Source: a virus (lineage: Duplodnaviria > Caudoviricetes). Taken from it: a DNA stretch of 58,892 nt. The notes under the pieces were generated by a model that was not told the DNA's origin, searched no databases, and saw nothing but the letters and a program-made list of their open reading frames with translations. Positions within the stretch are counted from its first letter, which is position 1, and every line of letters starts with the position of its first letter. Below are positions 14,418 through 22,475 of this stretch, in pieces. A program made the translations under genes and the position numbers. Location of the stretch: IMG/VR virus record IMGVR_UViG_3300007516_000020, positions 1 to 58,892 of that record; one strand, written 5' to 3'.

Positions 14418-14750
14418 TTTTATATGAAGGATGTGTTGTGTCTAATCTATTGTGGCTAGCCCTGGGTCTGTTGGTATGGTGTAAGAGGAAACCCATGTTG
14501 AAATTGAAATTTGAATTGTCCGATGAGGACTGGAAAAAGGTTAATCGGTTCATACGAAAACAGGACAAGCTCACTGGCACCGGCGCAAATTATGGAGCGA
14601 TTGGTGGAGGTTATACCTACCAATTTACACCTACCTCGTTGGGGGTCATAGTCAAAGTTGAGAATTGTGTGACAAAGGCATCCATCAATCTGACAGATTT
14701 TGATAGCTGGTAACAGCGTTGGGGTGCAAGTCCTCACACTTCCGCCATTT
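14387..14750 (+). repeat. 34-bp direct repeat of tRNA-Ser 3' end (14387-14420, 14717-14750) flanking one ORF
   Basis: cgttggggtgcaagtcctcacacttccgccattt twice. Confidence 0.92.
14495..14713 (+). CDS. conserved phage hypothetical protein (GAIGGGYTYQFTPTSLG)
   Basis: GAGG RBS; motif common in phage ORFs. Confidence 0.7.
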   Translation: MLKLKFELSDEDWKKVNRFIRKQDKLTGTGANYGAIGGGYTYQFTPTSLGVIVKVENCVTKASINLTDFDSW

Positions 14751-14811
14751 GGATAATTATGGAAGTTGTAGTCACATCGGGGTTGTGGTTTGAGAGATAG
14801 AATCATAATTT

Positions 14812-15155
14812 GGGGGTGAATTAGGTATCGACAGAGGCGTATAGAGAAGAACGGACATGCCGTGGACCAGGACCACGTAAATACTTGGAAAAACCAGAAA
14901 TGCCGAACAAGAGTTTGCATTAGCGGCATAAACGCCGCTCTCTGAAAGACCAAGAGGCTCCTGTAGGTCTGGAAGGGTCATTCATTGGAGGCACAGTGAT
15001 AAAGGCTAGCATGGTAGAGTGTTAGCTGAGTGTCAATCTACCACAGATCATATAAGGTGTCAGTCCCTTATGTGAGCGTTGTAAGACTGACTAGCATGGA
15101 ATATCCACTTTGACGTTGCTTTTGGACCCGGGTGCAACTCCCGGCACCTCCACCA
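14812..15155 (+). ncRNA. ssrA: tmRNA; tag reading frame 14902-14931 encodes AEQEFALAA*
   Basis: GGGGGTG/CACCTCC-ACCA with G3:U; 5' GGTATCGAC; 3' GGACCCGGGTGCAACTCCCGG; ALAA-ending tag. Confidence 0.95.
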
Positions 15156-15238
15156 ATTCATTCGCTCGACTGCCATGTGTAGGAAATGGGCATACGAGAG
15201 GGACCCTCAAGACTTCAGATTGGGGTCCCAGCTTTTAC

Positions 15239-15312
15239 GCTCCCATAGATTATTAGTAGATCGCTGGATTCTCAATCCAGAGAGCCGGGGGCAGTACCCG
15301 GTGGGAGCACCA
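15239..15312 (+). tRNA. tRNA-Glu(CTC)
   Basis: ctgga-tt CTC aa-tccag. Confidence 0.87.
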
Positions 15313-15318
15313 AAATAT

Positions 15319-15394
15319 GTCCCTGTGGGCCAACTGAAAGGTCACCCGCCTTCTAAGCGGGATTATGCGAGTTTGAGTCTCGCCGGGGACACCA
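15319..15394 (+). tRNA. tRNA-Arg(TCT)
   Basis: cccgc-ct TCT aa-gcggg. Confidence 0.87.
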
Positions 15395-15463
15395 AAGTAT
15401 ATTATGAGATTGACAGAAATCAAGCGCGAATTCAGAGGTTCAAACTGGAATGAAAGAATAAAC

Positions 15464-15538
15464 GCCGCTGTAGCCTAGTGTACAGGCACCTGCCTCCTAA
15501 GCGGGATAACGTGGGTTAGATTCCCACCAGTGGCACCA
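15464..15538 (+). tRNA. tRNA-Arg(CCT)
   Basis: cctgc-ct CCT aa-gcggg. Confidence 0.87.
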
Positions 15539-15544
15539 CATAAC

Positions 15545-15622
15545 CTCCCTGTGATGGCAATTGGACGCCGACCGCGCTTCGAACGCGGGATTATGTAGGT
15601 TCGAATCCTATCAGGGAGACCA
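15545..15622 (+). tRNA. tRNA-Arg(TCG)
   Basis: ccgcg-ct TCG aa-cgcgg. Confidence 0.85.
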
Positions 15623-15626
15623 TTAC

Positions 15627-15700
15627 AGACCCTTAGTACATTAGCAGTATCCCGCCCCGACACGGCGGAGAGGACAGGGCAGAACTGTCAGGGTCTACCA
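15627..15700 (+). tRNA. tRNA-Val(GAC), C33
   Basis: ccgcc-cc GAC ac-ggcgg. Confidence 0.82.
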
Positions 15701-15703
15701 TAT

Positions 15704-15780
15704 CGGACCGTAAACTTTAACTAGATGAGTGCCTGGCTTAAGCCAGGAAAACGAGGCGCGCTTCCTCGGCGGTCCGGCCA
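15704..15780 (+). tRNA. aberrant tRNA: 8-bp acceptor stem, 6-nt anticodon loop CTTAAG, CCA end
   Basis: cggaccgt/gcggtccg-G-CCA; cctgg/ccagg; cgagg/cctcg. Confidence 0.6.
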
Positions 15781-15781
15781 A

Positions 15782-16396
15782 TCAATTCGCCAGTTTCGTG
15801 ATACTGAGTGCCACAGATCGTAGTGCAGGTCCACCAGCCAATGTTGTCGCCGCCCGTAACCCCGTTGACCCCGAGGTATTGTTAATTGCCTGAACCAACT
15901 CAATATAGTCATTGGCATTTAACCGTGTCGTGGCGCGCAATGTCATAGGGTACCCCAAGGTTGGTTTGGTAATTGTGGTGCGCGTTGCGGTGCCAATAAT
16001 ATTCACATTATTTTTCCGTAACCAACAGTCGGCAAAGCGTCCGTTCCCCCCGCCACCTGTGCGTAGGTAATTCCCTGTTGCAACAATATGATACCATCCA
16101 TTTGAGAGTACTGAGACACGAGAATTGGCGAGAGCATGGGCTGCACCAATCAAGAGGTCATTGGAATTGAATGTGACGATATACGCAGAAGTATTGGTGG
16201 GCACCTGATCGATGGTGCTAGACACTTGTGCTGTTGAGAGGGCGAACAACGAGGCACCGTTTGCTAAGATGACCACGGCGCCATTGGCATGTTTACAATA
16301 GAGGAGTTGGTCGCCAGCGTTGAGTGCAAGCTCCCCGTTCGCTAACACGACTGGTGTATTTCCAGGATTTGTAGAGTGTTTGACTTTAACGATCAT
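15782..16396 (-). CDS. virion-associated protein: LANGELA N-terminus plus C1q/TNF-like beta C-terminus
   Basis: N-terminus paralogous to next gene; GWYHIVA...LNANDYIEL. Confidence 0.65.
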   Translation of the reverse strand: MIVKVKHSTNPGNTPVVLANGELALNAGDQLLYCKHANGAVVILANGASLFALSTAQVSSTIDQVPTNTSAYIVTFNSNDLLIGAAHALANSRVSVLSNGWYHIVATGNYLRTGGGGNGRFADCWLRKNNVNIIGTATRTTITKPTLGYPMTLRATTRLNANDYIELVQAINNTSGSTGLRAATTLAGGPALRSVALSITKLAN

Positions 16397-16402
16397 GAAA
16401 AA

Positions 16403-16936
16403 TTAGAATGTACCGCCATCAATGTCGGTGACCGCGAAGGTGATTCTATCATTCGCTTGATCAGTCGTAATGTTGATACTTTCTCCCGCAACCAAGGTTA
16501 GAGTGTCCGTATTAGAATCAGCCACAACATTGTTCTGGCCCGCGACATTGAAGATTGAGAATGTGTTTTGTTGCGACCCACTGGCAGCAATAGTGATAAT
16601 AGAATTCTGGGCATCTGTGTTGATAATAATACCAACCCCAGCTTGCAATGTCAGGGTATCATTATTGGAATCCGCTGTAATATTAGACTGTCCTGCTACG
16701 TTGATGGTCGAAAAGGAGAGATTTGCGGCTGCGTTGGCTTTGTCGAATGCTCCATTGGCACGGAGCCGCGCATAATCATCGACCCCAAGCTGTGCGCCAT
16801 TGGCAAGCTGAAGGATGGAACCGTTCGCATGTTTGTAATAGAGAATTTGATCGGCAAAATTGATTGCCAACTCACCATTTGCCAAGGTGACAGGAGCGTT
16901 GCCTGTATTGCCTGAATTTTTGATCTGAATTTGCAT
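16403..16936 (-). CDS. fibre-like structural protein with internal repeat, C-terminal IDGGTF
   Basis: FSxINVAGQxNxxADSNxDTLTLxAG twice. Confidence 0.7.
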   Translation of the reverse strand: MQIQIKNSGNTGNAPVTLANGELAINFADQILYYKHANGSILQLANGAQLGVDDYARLRANGAFDKANAAANLSFSTINVAGQSNITADSNNDTLTLQAGVGIIINTDAQNSIITIAASGSQQNTFSIFNVAGQNNVVADSNTDTLTLVAGESINITTDQANDRITFAVTDIDGGTF

Positions 16937-17133
16937 TAGAAGGTTCCTCCGTTTACGGACGTGATGGTTGCGTTGGCACCTGAGAATATAGTGCCGCCTT
17001 GTGTTACGCCGTCTGAAATTCTGAGGATACCGTCAAAGGGATCATAGAACAACTCACCATAGCTTCCAATGAAGCTGAGGGCGCTTGAACCGCCTAACTT
17101 TTCCACATATGGTCGGTAAATGACATTTGACAT
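16936..17133 (-). CDS. small structural protein (GELFYD..LRISDGVTQGG)
   Basis: motif typical of phage fibre N-termini; late promoter upstream. Confidence 0.65.
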   Translation of the reverse strand: MSNVIYRPYVEKLGGSSALSFIGSYGELFYDPFDGILRISDGVTQGGTIFSGANATITSVNGGTF

Positions 17134-17154
17134 GATTTCCTCAAAGTATAATAC

Positions 17155-17162
17155 TATTTATG
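17155..17162 (-). promoter_or_regulatory. late promoter
   Basis: CATAAATA on minus strand. Confidence 0.7.
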
Positions 17163-17221
17163 GTTAATGTGAGCCCACTCCCACCCCCCACTAATACTAT
17201 ACAATCAATGAGTTATAGGAC

Positions 17222-17250
17222 TTGACAACGTGCCTAGACTCTGTTATACT
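17222..17250 (+). promoter_or_regulatory. sigma70-type promoter
   Basis: TTGACA-17-TATACT with TGn. Confidence 0.75.
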
Positions 17251-17256
17251 TATAAC

Positions 17257-18195
17257 ATGATGAGAACACACATAGTGAATATGGTTTTCGGTTCCCACCT
17301 CTACGGCACGTCAAGCCCTTTGTCCGATAAGGACTACAAGGGCGTCTTTGTGCCTACCACCGACGAAATGCTATTGGGAAGATTCCCTAAGTCTATCAAT
17401 GAGTCCACGAAACTAAACTCAGGCGAAAAGAACACCGCCGCTGACACAGATAAGGAAACGTATTCCCTTCACTACTTCTTGGAATTGGCCAGGAAGGGTG
17501 AGACTGTGGCACTTGATATGCTTCATGCTCCAAAATCAGCGTGGGTGTCGCATAGCTGGCATTGGGAATATCTTGTTGCCAACAGACAAAAATTCTACAC
17601 CAAAAACCTTTCATCCTTGGTTGGTTATGCGCGGAAGCAATCGGCAAAGTATGGGGTGAAGGGAAGTAGACTTGCGGAAGCTAAGACTGTGTTGTCGCTT
17701 CTTGAAGCTACATTCTCAGGGGTCAAGGTGTCTGATATTGTGACACTTCTTCCTGTGGGTGAGCATTGTGGTATGATGACTGGGAATGGGGTCACGTTCT
17801 ATCAAGTGTGTGGAAAGAAATTGACTCTCAATGCCCTTGCTTCTCACTATGTCCCTATGATGGAAAAGTTTGTCAAGGAATATGGGGATCGGGCGAAGCA
17901 AGCAGAGGCGAACATGGGTGTGGACTGGAAAGCTGTGAGCCATGCTTTTCGTGCCGCCTATCAAGTTCGTGCGATCTTGCGAGATGGGGATTTCACCTAT
18001 CCATTATCTGAGACTGAGTTTATTCGTGCGGTGAAGTCGGGTACGCTGAACTTCAAGACTGAAGTGGGACCTAAGCTTGATGAACTGATGGATGAAGTTG
18101 AAAAACTATCCTCAGAATCAACTCTTCCCGAAGAAGTGAGTGGTGAGTTTGTTGATGCGGTGCTGTTGCACCTTGTAAAGAATACGGAGTTATAA
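17257..18195 (+). CDS. Pol-beta-superfamily nucleotidyltransferase (RlaP / T4 NrdC.11-like)
   Basis: FGSHLYGTSSPLSDKDYKG; DWKAVSHAFR. Confidence 0.8.
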   Translation: MMRTHIVNMVFGSHLYGTSSPLSDKDYKGVFVPTTDEMLLGRFPKSINESTKLNSGEKNTAADTDKETYSLHYFLELARKGETVALDMLHAPKSAWVSHSWHWEYLVANRQKFYTKNLSSLVGYARKQSAKYGVKGSRLAEAKTVLSLLEATFSGVKVSDIVTLLPVGEHCGMMTGNGVTFYQVCGKKLTLNALASHYVPMMEKFVKEYGDRAKQAEANMGVDWKAVSHAFRAAYQVRAILRDGDFTYPLSETEFIRAVKSGTLNFKTEVGPKLDELMDEVEKLSSESTLPEEVSGEFVDAVLLHLVKNTEL

Positions 18196-18196
18196 A

Positions 18197-19324
18197 ATGA
18201 GAGAGAAGAAATTTCCTACGTTGTATGGTTTGTCCTCAAGTGGCGTGGTCAAGTCTTGGAAGATTTGGGTCGCCGAATTTCCTCTGGATACGGCGATTTT
18301 TGTCGAACATGGTCAGTTGGATGGCAAGAAACAATTGTCGCCTGAGAAGATCCGTGAGGGAAAGAACCTCGGCAAGGCGAATGAAACCTCGCACTTCGAA
18401 CAGGCTTGCCTTGAGGCAGAATCGAAGTGGAAGAAGAAGCATGACGCAAACTACACCGAGAATAAGCCAGAAACTCAGGAAGCCGCAGCGTCTTCTCCAA
18501 AGCTGTTGCCGATGTTGGCGCAGAAGTACAAGGAACGCAAGCATAAGATTGTCTGGCCTGCGTTTGGGCAACCTAAGCTGAACGGTGTTCGCTGTCTCGT
18601 GGAACGGAAGAATGGGAAGATCACTTACTGGTCAAGGAAAGCCAAGCAGTATAAGAATTTCAATCTGTTCATGGATCAAGAATTCCTGAGTTTCATGAAG
18701 GATGGTGATATCCTTGACGGTGAGATGTACAATCACGGAGATATCACATTCCAAGAATTGATGTCACTGATCAAGGATGAAAAGACTCCTGATATCGAAA
18801 AACTGAAGCGCTATGTGTCTTTTAATTGCTATGATTGTCCTAGTGTGCCGGGTGGGTTCAACACACGTTTCATGAACTGGCCAGCCCCGCTCAACCTACA
18901 GTATTTCGCAAAGGTGGTGTCCTACAAGTTGAATGATGAACTTGAGATGCTGGCCCTTCACAAGAGAGTGACCGAGCAAAATTATGAAGGCACAATGGTG
19001 CGGTCAGGTGGAGATGAAGCATACAATTTCCAGTATCGTGACAATCAATTGCAGAAGTACAAGGATTTCTTAGATGATGAATTCAAGATCGTGGGCTGCA
19101 AAGAAGGCACAGGGAAGGATGAAGGTAAGGCGATTTTCCGCTGCATAATTAAGAGTGGAAAGGAATTCGATGTTCGTTGTAAGGGTGCCGATGAAGTCAG
19201 AATCGAGCAATGGCAGAATCGGAAGTCCTACATGGGTAAGGAATTGACGGTTCGCTATCAGACTCTCAGCGATGATGGAATTCCAATTTTCCCCGTTGGT
19301 ATCACTGTGCGAGACTATGAATAG
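18197..19324 (+). CDS. ATP-dependent DNA ligase
   Basis: PMLA, QPKLNGVR, LDGEMY, YEGTMVR, KYKDF, OB-domain GIPIFP. Confidence 0.9.
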   Translation: MREKKFPTLYGLSSSGVVKSWKIWVAEFPLDTAIFVEHGQLDGKKQLSPEKIREGKNLGKANETSHFEQACLEAESKWKKKHDANYTENKPETQEAAASSPKLLPMLAQKYKERKHKIVWPAFGQPKLNGVRCLVERKNGKITYWSRKAKQYKNFNLFMDQEFLSFMKDGDILDGEMYNHGDITFQELMSLIKDEKTPDIEKLKRYVSFNCYDCPSVPGGFNTRFMNWPAPLNLQYFAKVVSYKLNDELEMLALHKRVTEQNYEGTMVRSGGDEAYNFQYRDNQLQKYKDFLDDEFKIVGCKEGTGKDEGKAIFRCIIKSGKEFDVRCKGADEVRIEQWQNRKSYMGKELTVRYQTLSDDGIPIFPVGITVRDYE

Positions 19325-19334
19325 GAGCTATGAT

Positions 19335-19526
19335 ATGCAAGAGTCAATTTCTGATTTGGATTTAAAGCTTGAATGGAGTCGAACTGGGGAAGATCTGAGG
19401 GTCACCAATAAGGGTAAGGTTCTTTATAGTAGTGTGAGTGGTCTGGTGTCCCCCTCTCTTTCACCGAGACAAGTCAGGTGGATTACAGAGGACTATGAGA
19501 GGAAGAGAAAACAATATGCTTACTAA
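19335..19526 (+). CDS. hypothetical protein
   Basis: AGGAG RBS. Confidence 0.5.
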   Translation: MQESISDLDLKLEWSRTGEDLRVTNKGKVLYSSVSGLVSPSLSPRQVRWITEDYERKRKQYAY

Positions 19527-19728
19527 AAGTTACTTCCCCATTCCCTTTGACCGATGGTATACCGAGAATCTGCCTGATATTCGTCGTGAGTTTAGCAAAG
19601 ATGGTCTGGATAAATTGAGGAATAGTCCAGAAAAGTTTGCTGCCTTGTTATACACTCTCAGGGTGGAGCACGATCAGAAGCGATGGACCAATTACTTGCA
19701 GTTTGTTGAGGATAATTATGTCGTATAA
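19516..19728 (+). CDS. hypothetical protein
   Basis: overlapping operon spacing. Confidence 0.55.
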   Translation: MLTKSYFPIPFDRWYTENLPDIRREFSKDGLDKLRNSPEKFAALLYTLRVEHDQKRWTNYLQFVEDNYVV

Positions 19729-20908
19729 CATCTTACAGTCGGGGCATACTCCAATCAAGGTCTGGGCGCCCCTTCACGAAGTCGAGTCGGGAGCTATCTC
19801 TCAGTTACACAACGCCGCTTCGTTGCCATTCATCTTCAAGCACGGTATGGCAGTTATGCCCGACGTGCACCAGGGCTACGGTGTCACTGTAGGTTCCGTT
19901 ATGCCTACGGTCAAGTCTATTGTGCCTGGTGGTGTGGGGGTCGACATTGGCTGTGGAATGGGTGCTAAGAGGATGCCGTTCAAGTCAAATCGTTTGCCTG
20001 ATAACTTGCGGGGTTTGTACGATGCAATCTGCAAGGCCGTGCCTGTGGGTCAAGGTATGCATTCCTATGACTCAGCCGTAAGACATGATCTAACCATTGA
20101 TGAAGGCTACAAGACCCTTCCTGAAGCCTTACAAGACGATCCTGGACGTGTCTGGAAGCAGGTAGGAACGCTCGGTGGTGGAAACCACTTCATCGAAATT
20201 TGTCTCGATACCGAAGACAATGTGTGGGTGATGTTACATTCTGGTTCGCGCGGTATCGGAAACAGGATTGGTAACTACTACATCGACGAAGCCAAGAAGA
20301 TCATGGACATTCAGGAAATCAAGTTGCGGGACCCCGATCTTGCTTACTTGACTGAAGGGACCACGATATTTGATGACTACTGGCGCGACTTGCAGTGGGC
20401 CCAGCACTATGCACTCAAGAACCGCGAAGTGATGATGTCATTAGTCATGTCCTGTATCTCTGAAGTGATTTTCGGTGACAAGCGAACTGTGGTGTCTCCT
20501 ACGTTCTCAGTGAACTGTCACCACAACTATGCAGAGCGCGAAGATCACTTTGGTGAAAACATCATTGTGACCCGTAAGGGAGCGGTGCGAGCACGAGTGG
20601 GTGACTATGGTATCATCCCTGGGTCGATGGGTACCCGCTCATATATCGTAGAAGGATTGGGAAACGTGGATTCCTATTGTTCGTGTTCACATGGCGCAGG
20701 TCGTGTGTTGTCACGAGGAAAGGCAAAGAAGAAGTTTACCTTAGCGGACATCGAATCACAGACCGCGGGTATCATGTGTCGAAAGGATGAAGGTATCCTT
20801 GACGAATTGCCAGGCGCCTATAAGCCCATCGACCAGGTGATGGAGCACCAAAAGGACTTGGTAAAGGTGTTTGCTACACTCAAGCAAGTCTTGTGTGTGA
20901 AGGGATGA
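19718..20908 (+). CDS. rtcB: RtcB RNA ligase (3'-phosphate/5'-OH)
   Basis: MPDVH, GVDIGCG, GTLGGGNHF, HSGSRG, HHNY, PGSMG, SHGAGR, YKPI. Confidence 0.97.
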   Translation: MSYNILQSGHTPIKVWAPLHEVESGAISQLHNAASLPFIFKHGMAVMPDVHQGYGVTVGSVMPTVKSIVPGGVGVDIGCGMGAKRMPFKSNRLPDNLRGLYDAICKAVPVGQGMHSYDSAVRHDLTIDEGYKTLPEALQDDPGRVWKQVGTLGGGNHFIEICLDTEDNVWVMLHSGSRGIGNRIGNYYIDEAKKIMDIQEIKLRDPDLAYLTEGTTIFDDYWRDLQWAQHYALKNREVMMSLVMSCISEVIFGDKRTVVSPTFSVNCHHNYAEREDHFGENIIVTRKGAVRARVGDYGIIPGSMGTRSYIVEGLGNVDSYCSCSHGAGRVLSRGKAKKKFTLADIESQTAGIMCRKDEGILDELPGAYKPIDQVMEHQKDLVKVFATLKQVLCVKG

Positions 20909-21149
20909 TCAATCCACGAACAGTTGCAGAGGAAGTTACCAGGGGCCATTTCTACTCGATGACTCCTGGTACTCCTGCCCCCTTGCCCATGAGGTGCCAG
21001 AGGGCATCTGTAATTGTGAATTGTAAGAGGTGATAGAGAGGTCCCGCAAGGTGCTTGAGCGAATCTATAAGGCTGGGTTGTGTTGTGAACCCATAAAGGA
21101 ACATCATGGAACCGTTTAGTGAAGGCATACTTGAAGGCATACTGATAGG

Positions 21150-21226
21150 ATTGATAGTGGGCATGATAACTATCATGCTCATATGGAATTGATAGTGGGC
21201 ATGATAACTATCATGCTCATATGGAA
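21150..21226. repeat. 38-bp tandem duplication with internal palindrome
   Basis: attgatagtgggcatgataactatcatgctcatatgga x2. Confidence 0.85.
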
Positions 21227-21293
21227 CAGATAGTCATGTGGCATATTGTAGTCATAAGGATGATGAAGTGATCCACCGATCTGATATTTGTGC

Positions 21294-21322
21294 TTGCTTT
21301 TTCTGTGTGTCTGTGTTATGCT
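21294..21322 (+). promoter_or_regulatory. sigma70-type promoter
   Basis: TTGCTT-17-TATGCT. Confidence 0.5.
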
Positions 21323-21356
21323 GTTGCTAAATAGCAGTATCACTGGAAAGGGTACG

Positions 21357-22451
21357 ATGAAAATCAAACGACAAACTACAGATTCGCGAGTCAAAGCACT
21401 TCTCTCCAAAGATGAGCCTACCTACGGGTTCATGGAATTGTCAGGGACAGAATTGACCCTGGCACTCAATTGGTATTCTCAGAACAAAGAGAAGGAAACT
21501 GCATTCAAGTATATGGCAGAGTACTGTAAGGCTAAGGGAATTTCTGCCAAGACAGAACAGATCGAACAAACAGTCAGTACAGTTGGATTTGTGTGTAGGA
21601 TGATCACCCGCGGTGCAATACTTGATAGCAAATCCCTCAAATGGCTTGCTGAACATCTGAAGGCCATGACCCTCATTCCTGTCGAGTATAATGCTCCAGT
21701 CGCGGTAGCCCCAGTCAAGGTCGTCTCCATTCAGGATCGTATCAAGGCAAAATCCAGTGAAAGCATCGGTCTCCTGGAAGGATTGGTTGACGAGTTTATC
21801 CTGTCAGATTTCAAAAAGATCCCCAATATTCTGCAACGCATGAGAGACAGTGAAGTGAAGGCATCTCATGGCCCCCATATTGTCAACTTCTTCAAGAAGT
21901 ATCGTGACGAGATCAGACTAGCACTCGCGAAGACTGACAGCCAGATTTCAGAAGGCTATAGCAATTATAGCACTCATGAATTGAGGAAGATGGATAGTCT
22001 CTACGACCAGATCATCTCAGATACACTCTCCATCATGGGCGAAGCGAATGTCGAAAAGTCACCCCGAAAAAAGAAAATCAAGTCTCCTGAAAAGCAAGTC
22101 CATTCCCTGAAGTATTGTGTGGAAGATACCGCACTCAAGATCAAGTCCATTCCCCCCACTCGCATGATTGGTGCAGAGGGTGTCTGGGTCTACAATCGAA
22201 AGAACAGAATGCTGTCATGTTATATGGCCGACGATGCATCGGGGTTGGGAGTAAAAGGTTGTGCGTTTCAGAATACCTCCAAGACAAAATGCCAATCAAA
22301 GAAGCTTCGCAAGCCCGAAGAGACGCTAGCTAAGGTGATGACTGGTGGGAAGGTTGCACTGAAGAATTTGTTTGAAAGCCTTTCAACCAAGGATGCCAAG
22401 CCAACAGGACGAACCAACAAAGAAACCCTATTGCTACGAGTAATCGTATAG
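21357..22451 (+). CDS. conserved T4-like hypothetical protein upstream of rnh
   Basis: ALNWY, SIQDRI, KKLRKPEE, GRTNKETLLL; synteny. Confidence 0.75.
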   Translation: MKIKRQTTDSRVKALLSKDEPTYGFMELSGTELTLALNWYSQNKEKETAFKYMAEYCKAKGISAKTEQIEQTVSTVGFVCRMITRGAILDSKSLKWLAEHLKAMTLIPVEYNAPVAVAPVKVVSIQDRIKAKSSESIGLLEGLVDEFILSDFKKIPNILQRMRDSEVKASHGPHIVNFFKKYRDEIRLALAKTDSQISEGYSNYSTHELRKMDSLYDQIISDTLSIMGEANVEKSPRKKKIKSPEKQVHSLKYCVEDTALKIKSIPPTRMIGAEGVWVYNRKNRMLSCYMADDASGLGVKGCAFQNTSKTKCQSKKLRKPEETLAKVMTGGKVALKNLFESLSTKDAKPTGRTNKETLLLRVIV

Positions 22452-22475
22452 AATCAAATTGAAAGTGACTATATT

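Noticed and set aside
18566-18592. Inactive DNA ligase (KLNG instead of KxDG)
   Set aside because: Catalytic Lys and the other motifs are intact; KxNG variants occur in active nucleotidyltransferases.
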